Positions 11,785-21,847 of a stretch of DNA of 64,000 nt are shown piece after piece. The position numbers were made by a program, and so were the translations under genes. How positions within the stretch are numbered: position 1 is the first letter of the stretch; each line of letters begins with the position of its first letter. Below the pieces are notes generated by a model that was given only the letters and a program-made list of their open reading frames with translations, did not search any database and had not been told where the DNA came from. The stretch covers positions 165,912,001-165,976,000 of the forward strand of contig OZ038378.1 in NCBI GenBank assembly GCA_964036045.1, given 5' to 3'. The stretch is from Eutreptiella sp. 'Long Island Sound 2002'. Lineage: Eukaryota; Protista; Euglenida.

Positions 11785-11999
11785 CAAAACCTCCGCTAGG
11801 GGTCACCATGATGCCCCCTAGGGCCCCCTAGTATCTCAAAGTATGGGTCTCTAGTACGGCCAGACGCCCAAACAGTTGCACTGTGCGCGAACTGCGCTTA
11901 AGGCGCCCCCCTTCTTCTGTGCCATGCTTACTCTAGTGTTTGAGGCTCAACATGTACTTGTGGACTGAGCTTGTAGCCCGGTGTGGTCAGCGGCGACAG

Positions 12000-14500
12000 G
12001 CATGTGCAAAGGGTGGGCGGGCGGGTCCATACTTGGGGTTACAAAGTTTTTAACTAACAGGCAGACAAGGACTTTGTGAAGCACCCCCTCATCACATTCG
12101 TGCAGTACCCCCTCATTGCCGGGTGCGTGCGCACCCTCTGGGCAGAACCTCCATTCCCTTCGGCAACTCCCCTTTGCTGGTTGTGCACGCACACTGCCAC
12201 ATCACCGCCCTTCAACAGGCGGAGCTACACACTGCTTTCACCAACACTGTCCGTTTACGGGCACCATAGCGCCATGAGCGTTGGCACTGACCACGGCGCG
12301 ACGTGTGCGTAGTGCATGTTGCTGCGGGCTGCCAAAAAGTGCCGGATGCAGCAGTGCATTCCGCACCACATTGTCTGGATGCCAAGGTCGGTATAGACGT
12401 ACTAGGTAGGTATGGACGTAGCGGCCTTATAGGTACCGTTGGAACAAAACTTGGCAGATAGCTTGAGCAAAGTACACCAAATAGGGTCCATGTCGGGCGA
12501 GCGAAAATGCAAAGTGTCGCCGCGAAGCATGGATGAACGCGCCAGCCCCTTTCAATGGCATGGAGCCGTGCGAGGGCATGCCTGCAGTGTTGCTAGCTAG
12601 TGCAGCTGCATGATGCGCCAAGGGGGAAGTGCGGGCAGGGCAATCCTCCACAGTTCAGGGTGGGTTAGGGATTTGACAAACCAGCATAGGGCACAGTGAC
12701 CAGGGCTTGCACTCGCTCGATTGGGCTTTGTGAGCACGGTGCGGAAGAAGAGCAAAGGAAGATTGGCCGGAGCAAGATGATCTAGAGTGGGCAGCACTCA
12801 TGCAAATGGTGTCGTGCCGTCCAAGCCACCCTGATGCGGAACCCTTGTCCGCACTCACCTGCGCCCAACAAAACATTGTGATGCACGCACGTCTGTTTGC
12901 AAGGGAGGATGGGAGGGGAAGGAGAACAGCGTACATGTGGCCGTTGCGCATGCAAGGGCTCTTGTTAACGTGGGTGCCCGCCCAAATTCAGTTGCATTAC
13001 AAGCTAACCTCCAAGGCGGTAGACCTAGAACACATGGCACTTGCAACCGTCAGCATGTCCTTCGTCTACAGCAAGGGAGGCCGCATCCGCTACAATGTCA
13101 AGCATCCCATTTTCCAAGCAAAGGCAATGCATGTTGCATGGCGATGCTACTGGCTTGCCTACAAGTGTTGCCATTTGCCAGCCTGACACCGAGCGCAACC
13201 AAGCAATGGGTAATGGTAGCCTTTGACTAGTCGCGCAATATGCCAAACTTTGCAGCAAGCACCAGCTTTGCATGCATTGCGCCAACATGCCGCTTCGGGT
13301 CTTGGATATCGGCGGGGAGAGGCTACAGGAGCGGATGATGGCAACATCTTGCCCTTCTTTGGGTGGGTTGAGTCGCCATTGGTGTGCTAGGCACTCATTG
13401 GAAAGCGTGCGGAACGGCACAAGGCGGATGTTGCCACTGTTGATGCGTAGAGCATGGCGGCTTCCACAAACACGCGCATTCAGGTGCCGTGACACCCTGT
13501 GCCAGGGACGCACATTGAAACGTGCACATGCTGCCAAGTGGTGTGCCACTTGCACTCCCTTCACCCACTATTGCAGAGGTGGAAGATTAGAGTGCAGCGA
13601 CATGCTCATGCTAAGGACACATGTGTTCACCATGTCATGCATACTTATGGTGAACCTCCCAAACAAGGAAATGGCATGATCAATTGTAGCTTAGGCAGGC
13701 TGGTATGTCCACAGCAATGCAAGCACACACCAAACAATAGCCCACGGGACATGCTCCCTTTTGGCGACCAATGACTCCAACATCTTGGTCATATGCACAG
13801 TGGCAACGTGTGTTATTATCTGCTCCTTTAGTTGGGCCCACTCTTCCATAGCACACCCCACATTGACATGTGTAGCTACTAGCTCTGCCGAGTGCTCAAC
13901 CATGAAGTGGCGCAAGTGTCCGCGCCATATGTGGCGGGTTCACTTGGAGGAAGAGCAAGCAAATGTCCATGGTCAAGCAACACTGCACAATCAAGTACAC
14001 CTTTCAGGTCAACGGTTGCTTGTCCCTCCTCAACTCTTGCAAGCAATGCAACCGTCACTGCACGTTCCTCATTGCTTGGGACGGGAGGGGTGCCTCCACA
14101 CTTCTGGCCATCATCATCAATCTGCACCAACTTTGTGCGAGGCCATGTTCCCATTAGTGTTGATCTGCAACTAGCTCGCCACCTCCTCTCGGGCCACCTT
14201 CTGCACCCACCTTCGCAACATTTCGGCTGCTGTGGCCAGAATTGCACGAGTTGGTGCAAATGTGCATGAGTTGGTGCATGCAGCTGTGCAACATCACTAA
14301 CGCACTGTGTACCATGCATCCTGCCCCCATACACCACCACCGATGAAACCAAAGGCATCATGGCAATCATCCCACACATCTTTCTCCTTTTGGCAATGGT
14401 TGGGTTTTGAAGCTAGGTGCTTGGTAAGCCATGGGTCATTGGCTAAGAATGCAAAATTGCGCCAGCCCGGTCAAAAATTCGCGATATCAACACGACCTTT
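12000..14500 (-). mobile_element. Heavily decayed non-LTR (LINE-like) reverse transcriptase remnant
   Basis: Minus-strand fragments AMEEWAQLKEQII (~13840), RVPHQGGLDGTTPF (~12830, similar to GVPQGxxLSPLLF) and VYTDLGI (~12390, similar to YKYLGI) occur in the expected order. Many stops; CpG-poor, TG/CA-rich sequence. Confidence 0.3.
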
Positions 14501-15329
14501 ACTTGTGCCGTCACCTCACCAGCATCATTAGAGGCCACACCGGCCACACCAAGCAAGAGTTCACACATCACCATCAAGCAGGATTGCAATGAAGGGTGTC
14601 CAGTGCAAGTTTTGCGAAAGACCATCTTGTGCATCATGGATTGCAACTTTTTTTTTGACTGACTTCAGAAGTTCAAAGAGTACTCAAGACTGTGCTTGGG
14701 AAAGTGGGCGACTCCAGCATATGATACAGTGGATCCCCGCAACGCGGGACACATGGCAAAGACCCAGATCCAGCATCATGCATTGCAACTATGGCTTTCT
14801 CAACGATCCAGCGTCGCAAGACATGGTGCCCCGGTGCTGAAGTCAATGAACAATATAGAAGAATGTGCTAGCTTATTGCACAAATGGAGTTGCACGTGCG
14901 CAATCCGATGTATACCCCAACCAAACGGGACAATTAATAGCCGCCTCACGATCTCACATTGTTTCACACACAAAGCGAAACAAGAGCAATTTGGGCATCT
15001 TGCAGCACCGTCACCGAAGTTCTCGTCTACAAAGGCGTAAGACGCTGTAAAAACTCCAAATGCAGCTGTGGGTGGGAGGGTGGGTCTCTTCCTACTCACC
15101 AGGGTGGGCGGGTGGGCTCCGGGGAACTAGGGAACAAAACAAAGCATGTGATCAACCGCTTGTTTGCTTACGGCAAGCACTTGTTTCACACGCAAAGCAA
15201 AACCAGAGCAATTCGGGCACATTGCAGCACCGTCACTGTTTTTCTTGTTCATCCGCGACGATGCACGAAAACCCGAACGTGAGCCTATCAAGGGAAAACA
15301 AAGGTGCCCACACATTGCAACCAAGATAG

Positions 15330-16560
15330 CTATTCTATTGACCCCGGCCCCTCACACCCGAAGTTGTGGGTGGCCCTACGGCGGCACTTTGGAAAGCCGA
15401 GGATCCAAACTAGGGAAGGGAACCCCTCAAAGGCATCAAGCGCTCGGTAGCGGACAAGGGCCCCCTCGCAAGCAAGTTGCATTTGGCCGTGCCACTCCGA
15501 ATCTATTGTGGACAAGAAGTCAGCTGGATTGAAGTCCCTAGGCACACACTCCACATCAATTGTAGCCGAAAGACGCTAGAGTAAGCAGAAAAGGTGTCAC
15601 AAATGCCTATTTTGGCGACTAAGCACCGCCCTTGCATGCAGTGAAGCCACCTGAGCAAGGGCGGACTCATGGTCCCCAATCAGGCGCCACACAGGCCACC
15701 CCACATAGAAACATAGGCGCACACCGCGTGCGAGGGCTGCAAGCTCGGCCTCCTGCTGCCTTGCCACGAAAGGGGAGCATGCGAAAACCCTCCCCCCAAG
15801 AGCAGGACTCCAAATTCCGACCTTGAATAGGTTTATATCAGAAGCTGCGTCCACAAAAAGGACCCTCCCCCCGCAAGCAGACAGGGGTAGAAGAGATTGG
15901 GGGACCCATCCACGCAATGATAAAACAAGGCAGTGAAGGAGGCCAGTCAAAATTGACAAAGGGCAACTCTTAAGCCAGTTACTTCCCCGCTGAGAATGGG
16001 CGTACCACCCACTGAGGAAAGGCACATAACCTGTTTGAAGGCCGCAGTGCCCAAACAAACCTACCCAGGATGCGTCTGGCATGTTTCTTAGACAGAGGAA
16101 GCACATGTGTAGTTGCTACGGCGAGTGATGCTAAGAGTTCTCATTGGTTTTGATGGGAATTGCAGTGTCGTTCCTTGCCTGCCACATCTCCCAGGATATC
16201 GTTAAGCCCTGCAACATCTTCGCTTTCTTCTCATAGATTTGCCGCTGTCCAACCCCAGGCACAACTTTGCCTTGTGGCTGTCCCTTGCTCTCCACGTGTG
16301 TCATTAAGGTGCGACAGATCCCCCCCGCCCCCCCTTAAAGCCATACACACGGGAGTTGTATATGGTGGATTTGCACCAATAAGGCCAAATCCTCCACCGA
16401 TGGGAGGCAACAACTGAGGGGGGTTTTAGCATGCTGCTTGTTGAAGCGCAGCAGGTGTACAATCATGGAGGCTTTGGCGGCACTCTTGGGCAGCGGGAAA
16501 AAGTAACCAGTTTGCCATAACCCGTTGTGCCAAAGAAATTGTGTTGGGAGGCAGCATTAG
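15330..16560 (-). mobile_element. Decayed RT-RNase H of a tyrosine-recombinase (DIRS/Ngaro/VIPER-like) retrotransposon
   Basis: RT motif PLPKSAAKASMIVHLLRFNK (~16430-16500, similar to FxIPKxxxKxRLIxDLRxLN). RNase H catalytic motifs in order: LFVDAAS (~15850), QQEAELAAL (~15750), LIGDHESAL (~15670), VPRDFNPADFLS (~15530). Frameshifted. Confidence 0.6.
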
Positions 16561-17066
16561 ATGGCAATATGCAAAGTGGCCTTGATATACAGGTGCCATG
16601 GGGTTGAATGGTTCTCAGAAATGGCACAGGCACGAGGCCCATTTTCTTGTTCTGGGTCTGCCATGACAGGCTTGAACAAGGATACAGACACGCATATTTT
16701 GCAAAATTTCCGGACCTGCTTGCGTAACATACTTGTAATAGTAACTCCTTGGTGGACCCACACAAACCACATTGCTCTACCGAACCTATTTTTTGTTTGG
16801 TTTGATGGTCAATCACTCCAGCTTCACAACTTTGATCTTACTATGGGACAGCCTGCAGCAACCTTTTTGATGGCTGCTCGCTTTGTTCACTAAAGTCCTC
16901 GCACAAGTGGAGACCCTTTCGAGTGGCATGCACCAATGACGGAAATATGACTCCAGTTCAAGCAGTACCAGTTAAGGCAGCTAACCCTTGGCGCCATTCT
17001 TGATCAAGGCACCAAGGTTCCAAGGAAACATGCAAAAGCTGACACGTGGTTGAGTGTTCTACACTG

Positions 17067-17561
17067 CAGGGGTGGATATAGTGGGGGGGGGTCCCCCCCC
17101 CAGCCCCCCCCCCCCCCCCGATGACGATTACGATTACCATTTACCCGTGTGACTGAACGGCAGTTTTGCCAGCAGTTTGACAACAGGACTGATGGGGGAA
17201 AAAAAGCGCCAGGGGTTTGATCTCAACTGGGCTTTAACCCAGGATCTCCAAATCCCAAGACTTCAAATATCCCACTGTACTACTGCACCAATCTGGTCTC
17301 CTTGACACAAAATACTACAGTGCACAGTGCTTTATGTATCCCATAAAGACAGTCCGCAGAGTGCAATTATTTCTTGACACATTTTGCCAAAATGGCTTGC
17401 AGTTCCGAATCATCTGTGTCTGCACTGCCTGAGCTGGAGCTGTCTGAGCTGAAAAAGGAGCAAATCGTAATCGTCATTCCGTCATCACTGCCTCCCGGCT
17501 CAACGCCCCCCCCCCCCCCACCCCCACCCTGGTAATGTCACCACTATCATATCCGCCCCTG
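17067..17561. mobile_element. hAT-type MITE (495 bp) with TIRs and an 8-bp target-site duplication
   Basis: Left end CAGGGGTGGATATAGTGG; right end reverse-complements to CAGGGGCGGATATGATAGTGG. Identical 8-mer CTACACTG at 17059-17066 and 17562-17569. Internal 15-bp inverted repeat ATGACGATTACGATT (17121-17135 / 17463-17477). CAGGG ends with an 8-bp TSD are hAT hallmarks. Confidence 0.85.
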
Positions 17562-18432
17562 CTACACTGCTCACCCAGGAGTAGACCCTGAGAAAAAAAG
17601 AAAGCCATCCATGAATGCCCTGTCCACAGCCTTGGGTTCTGCTGTCCATCAGCTTTGGGACTGGTTTGTTTTCCATTAGCCAGGAACCCTACGGACTTGG
17701 ATGAGCTGGAAACAGTTGCAGGAATCTTATTTCAGGTCTGTTTGCAATGTGGCTTTCGCTTGCACTGCCACAGTGATAGAAAACAGATCTACCCTTGACA
17801 AACACAGAAGGTTTCAGAGCTGGTGGACAACAGGGTGTGTGTATTGCAGGACCATTTGGTGCATGCATGCATGGGAAACGATAGTGGAATTACTTCAAAG
17901 CCAAACGATCCGATCCTCAATGCAGTGTGTAAAGCCGTCCACAACTCTTTGGCGTCCATAATGTACATGGAGAACTGGTTGCTAAAAGCCTCGCAAGCCC
18001 CTGGTACCTTCGTAATTCTCGTATACACCGCGGGCTGGACAGGGCAAGGCAGCCTGGGAGAACCAGGCCGAATGCTCCACGCCATCTGATCTGCTGCGGT
18101 ATTGTGCAACCTTGTCCAGCTTGGACCATTGGCCATCGCATCCGATGTCACCAGTGGTTCGTGTGCCAAAGGCTGGTGGGGTACCGTGCAGTACACCGTA
18201 CACCCCGTGTCCGGTGGTGTGGTGAGGGAGAGAGAGAGGGAGCGTCGCAGGATGATCTCAATGATCGTGTAACTCGAGGGGCAGCCAGGGATGTAACTTT
18301 ATAATAAAACAACGCCGATGCGAAGGCGCCATAACAGTTATAACATCCTTTGTAGGATTCTAGATACGGATGGGCAAGGCGCCCACGTGCTGACGGCAAG
18401 CATAGCCCCAGCAGTGCCCCTCAGACATTCCC

Positions 18433-21400
18433 TCATGGAGCAGTCGTCGATGCGGTGCGCGCAGCAGCGGCCAGTGCTCCTAGGTTGGGGCACAGCACCA
18501 GCGTCGGGTTCTGGCCCCATCCACCGCTGCTGTCCGTCCGCTGAACAACGGCCGAGCGGGCGGTGTTGTCGACACTCTTCATGATCAGTTGGTCCGAGAT
18601 CGAGCCTTCCGAGGGGTCGTTGATGACGTAGCCGGTCTGCCAATTCAGCTTCGGTGTCTTGGACAGGTCAACCGTCTTGGTGTTGGCGCTGGAACTGCCA
18701 ACTGCGGCACTCGCCCAGCCCTGCCGGCAGCAGGCGCATTGCTCCATGGACTCGCTGATGGGGATGGAGTCGGACACTTGCGAGGCATCCACCTCTGTCA
18801 CTGTGAAGCCCGTGGCCGTGGTGTTGTTGGTGGACGTCAACTTGCAGTTTCGAGCCGTGGAGACGCCCGGGACCATCGAAGTGAGGGAGGGGAACGTCAG
18901 AGAGTAGTAGATAGACTCGATGTTGATGCCACCTTCTTCGCCCTCGATGTAGCTGCTGAATGATGAAGCCGTGTCCTTGATCTTCGTTGCCAACATTGTG
19001 TTGAATTCAGCCCGACGCTCCGTGATGGTCTTGGTGGCCCAAGAGGTGTTGTTTGCGTTGGATGTGAAGTCGATGGAGTATGTCTTCTCGTACGTGCTGT
19101 TTTCGCCGTCCGTCTCATAGCACTTCATGTACAAATCCGTGGCCTTCTCCATCCAGGACTCGACCAAATACGTCCACTCCGTCCCTGAGAGTGTTTGCAA
19201 CGAAGCCTGCGCTGTGGCGGCGAGGGAATTCCCCGCATCCGTAAAGCGCGCGTAACTTGTGTCTCCGTCGTAGTTTGATTTGTCAAACACGGCGTTTGGC
19301 AAATCAGTCATGCTGGTGTCAGCCTGAATAACGATGCTGCTGTTGCCCTGGCCAGCGGCCAAGTAATTCCGGTTGCTCACAAGTGCCTTGGTTCCGTTGA
19401 TGTCCGCAAGGATCCACAATTGGTCAATCTGCTCAGTGCCGTACTTGACGGTGTCCAGGGTTACCAATCGGTTGCCTTTCTGCGTCAAATACAACTGTGA
19501 CGATCCATTCGTGCCTTTGGTGCGAAGCGTGAGCCCCGAAGACTTCCACTCTGCATACCAAATGGTGCCGTTGTTGAACCCGGGCTCCGTCTCAGCGCGC
19601 CGGAGGATCGCAACATCATCCTGTTTGGCCCCGGATAAGACTCCCAATGAGAGGCCGCTGGTCTTCAGGGACAACGTGACGTACTTCTTGTCGAGGGATT
19701 GGGTGTAGCTTATGTTTGTGGGGTCGGTCACAACGTCCACCGACGGTGTGGCATCCGAAAGCTCGGTCATCGCTGTAGTGATGTCGTTGGGCAAGAAGTC
19801 CGTCATCTCCGTCAGCATGCCATATTCAATGATCCTCCAATTGGACGCCTCCCCCACACTCTGGATCCACAGATCACTGTTGCCATTGAGGAGCCCATTC
19901 CCGCCGGTGGTCTGGTAGTCATTGTTTGCGCTGCTGCCGGTGTTGCTGCTGTTGGCGCCGGTGTCCGACCCATTGCTCACACCCACATCTGCACTGGCAG
20001 CACCGTACCCGGCAGATACCCCCACGTTGGTGGACTGTGTGGTGCTGCTGCCACTCCAATCCCCGGACGCGGTAGAGGCCTCCGTTTGGTAGGCCTTGCC
20101 CCCCAGAGTGACAGACTCAGGGTAGAAGTCCCCATACGCAAGCAGCACTTTGTTCAGGTTCGAGGCTCGAGTGACGGCAGAGGGCTGCTTGGTGGCATCC
20201 AACGCTTCGCGCAGGTCTGCCAGGTATTGGTCGGACAGCTTCAGACTGGGCTGTGGCCAGATCTTTGCCCTGGGGTACAGCCACTGCGTGAGCATTGTGG
20301 TCTGTTCGCTGGAGGTGGCGCTGGAGTCCGAGCTGCCGCTGTTCGTGCCAACACTGACACCGACGGAGGCCCCGGCGGGAACCCCAGCGCTGACCCCGAC
20401 GGACGTGCTAGTGAAGCCGGACGCAACGGAATCCGCGCTGGCCAGGGACTTGCACAGCGTGGCCTTGATGGTGGACCCGTCCTCAACGGCGTAGCTCACG
20501 GCTTCGGGATTCCAGACCCAGGGCTGTTTGGGGGCAGGCTTGATGCCATCGGCCGTCACGGAGAACCCCCGCAGAAGGTTGTTTCCCTCGAACACCTTCT
20601 GCCACTGGTTCATGGTCAAATCCACCGCCTGCTCCACGGTTCCTGCCTCAGAGGCGCCACTGGTCGTCGAAATCGTCGCGTCCGGAAGCGGCCCAGCCGT
20701 AGCGGCGGGTGCCAGGTTCCCCTTTATGGCGTCCACATTGGCCTGGGTTGCCGCTGCATTGTTCTTCGCCGCCTCACCGGATGCCGCAGCCGCAGCGGAG
20801 GCATCGGCGGGCGGTGGCGAATTGGGGGCTTGGCTGGTCATCGTCAGAATGCAGTCGGTCGCGATCTCACTCGCAGTTGTGGTGGCTTCATCAGCCGACG
20901 ACACTGGGAAATTGTTTGCTTGCAAGAACATCATCCCGTTGGCCGGCGCGGTCGCCTTCAGCGCCGTCCGCACATTCGCCAGGCTCTCGTCCCCGCCCAA
21001 TGTGCTGACCCGGAGCGATGCAGCGTTGACGTCGTTCTGCACAATGTTGTACGCCGTACACGCCCCTGCACTGGCAGTGGCATCTGCCTCAAGGGCCTCG
21101 GTAAGCGCCTTGGTGGTGGTGGTGGTGGTGCTGTTGGTGGTCGCAGGTGCTATGGTTAACGAGGACCCGGCCTTGAGGGCTCGGGTTCGGGAGGCCTCCA
21201 GATGCGGGGACAACTCCCGGGAAAGCCGCCCGGCCTTGGCGACAGGCACGACCACCTGTGTACCTCTGCGCGGCACAAGGTACACGGACCGGCGGTCCGC
21301 AAGCCCCAGGGCTGTGGTCAGGTTGCGCTCAACGGCAGCGCAGCGGGCAGCAAGGGCAGAGCCCGGGGTAATGCTTTTCTGGAGCTGGGCCATGGTACGT

Positions 21401-21801
21401 CGGAGGTCGGCACGCCGCAGAAGGCCGGCGTTGGGGACGTGACTGTCCCGACTGCCCGTCATCTTGGCATAGAGACTCTCCAACAGACCAAGTGCCTGCT
21501 CGGCCCCCGAAGCTTCAGAGACAAGTTGGGCCGGGCTGTGGTGCACAAACGCGGTGGCGAATGGGATCCGAGCCTTCCGCAGCATCTTGGGCCACACCGC
21601 AGGCCGGTCAGCAGGGGCCTGGAGGGCGACCTGAGAACCGCTGGCGGCCAGGCGCATGGCTTGCCCCAGGGTCTGATCAGGATTGGGGCCTGCGGGCAGC
21701 ACTGTAATGCCGTCCATGCGCGGGAGTGGGAGGGCATCCAGAGCAACCCCCTGCAGGAGGATAACCCCTCCCTTGGGGCGAGCAGCTTGACAGCACAGCA
21801 T
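18433..21801 (-). CDS. MACPF (perforin-like) domain protein, copy 1 (1122 aa, variant C-terminus)
   Basis: MACPF signature LNKVLLAYGDFYPESVTLGGK (aa ~550-570, similar to YGTHxxxxxxxGG). Also LTMNQWQKVFEGNNLLRG, WLYPRA and GGNGLLNGNSDLWIQSVGEASNWRII, plus two Ser/Gly-rich alternating segments at the TMH1/TMH2 positions. GC-rich uninterrupted ORF. Confidence 0.85.
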   Translation of the reverse strand: MLCCQAARPKGGVILLQGVALDALPLPRMDGITVLPAGPNPDQTLGQAMRLAASGSQVALQAPADRPAVWPKMLRKARIPFATAFVHHSPAQLVSEASGAEQALGLLESLYAKMTGSRDSHVPNAGLLRRADLRRTMAQLQKSITPGSALAARCAAVERNLTTALGLADRRSVYLVPRRGTQVVVPVAKAGRLSRELSPHLEASRTRALKAGSSLTIAPATTNSTTTTTTKALTEALEADATASAGACTAYNIVQNDVNAASLRVSTLGGDESLANVRTALKATAPANGMMFLQANNFPVSSADEATTTASEIATDCILTMTSQAPNSPPPADASAAAAASGEAAKNNAAATQANVDAIKGNLAPAATAGPLPDATISTTSGASEAGTVEQAVDLTMNQWQKVFEGNNLLRGFSVTADGIKPAPKQPWVWNPEAVSYAVEDGSTIKATLCKSLASADSVASGFTSTSVGVSAGVPAGASVGVSVGTNSGSSDSSATSSEQTTMLTQWLYPRAKIWPQPSLKLSDQYLADLREALDATKQPSAVTRASNLNKVLLAYGDFYPESVTLGGKAYQTEASTASGDWSGSSTTQSTNVGVSAGYGAASADVGVSNGSDTGANSSNTGSSANNDYQTTGGNGLLNGNSDLWIQSVGEASNWRIIEYGMLTEMTDFLPNDITTAMTELSDATPSVDVVTDPTNISYTQSLDKKYVTLSLKTSGLSLGVLSGAKQDDVAILRRAETEPGFNNGTIWYAEWKSSGLTLRTKGTNGSSQLYLTQKGNRLVTLDTVKYGTEQIDQLWILADINGTKALVSNRNYLAAGQGNSSIVIQADTSMTDLPNAVFDKSNYDGDTSYARFTDAGNSLAATAQASLQTLSGTEWTYLVESWMEKATDLYMKCYETDGENSTYEKTYSIDFTSNANNTSWATKTITERRAEFNTMLATKIKDTASSFSSYIEGEEGGINIESIYYSLTFPSLTSMVPGVSTARNCKLTSTNNTTATGFTVTEVDASQVSDSIPISESMEQCACCRQGWASAAVGSSSANTKTVDLSKTPKLNWQTGYVINDPSEGSISDQLIMKSVDNTARSAVVQRTDSSGGWGQNPTLVLCPNLGALAAAARTASTTAP

Positions 21802-21819
21802 TTTTGAACAGTGGAATCT

Positions 21820-21847
21820 CTAGAAAAAAACCATGGACACTCAGAAA
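21820..21847 (-). other. Relic euglenid spliced-leader-like sequence ending in an AG acceptor, 18 nt before the ATG (copy 1)
   Basis: The minus strand reads TTTCTGAGTGTCCATGGTTTTTTTCTAG; the Euglena SL as recalled is ACTTTCTGAGTGTCTATTTTTTTTCG. 12-nt exact core plus the T-tract. Confidence 0.65.

Noticed and set aside
19699-21807. Long + strand ORFs (486, 304, 201, 114 aa) overlapping each MACPF copy
   Set aside because: Antisense shadows of a GC-rich coding sequence; no recognisable motifs, while the minus frame carries the domain signatures.
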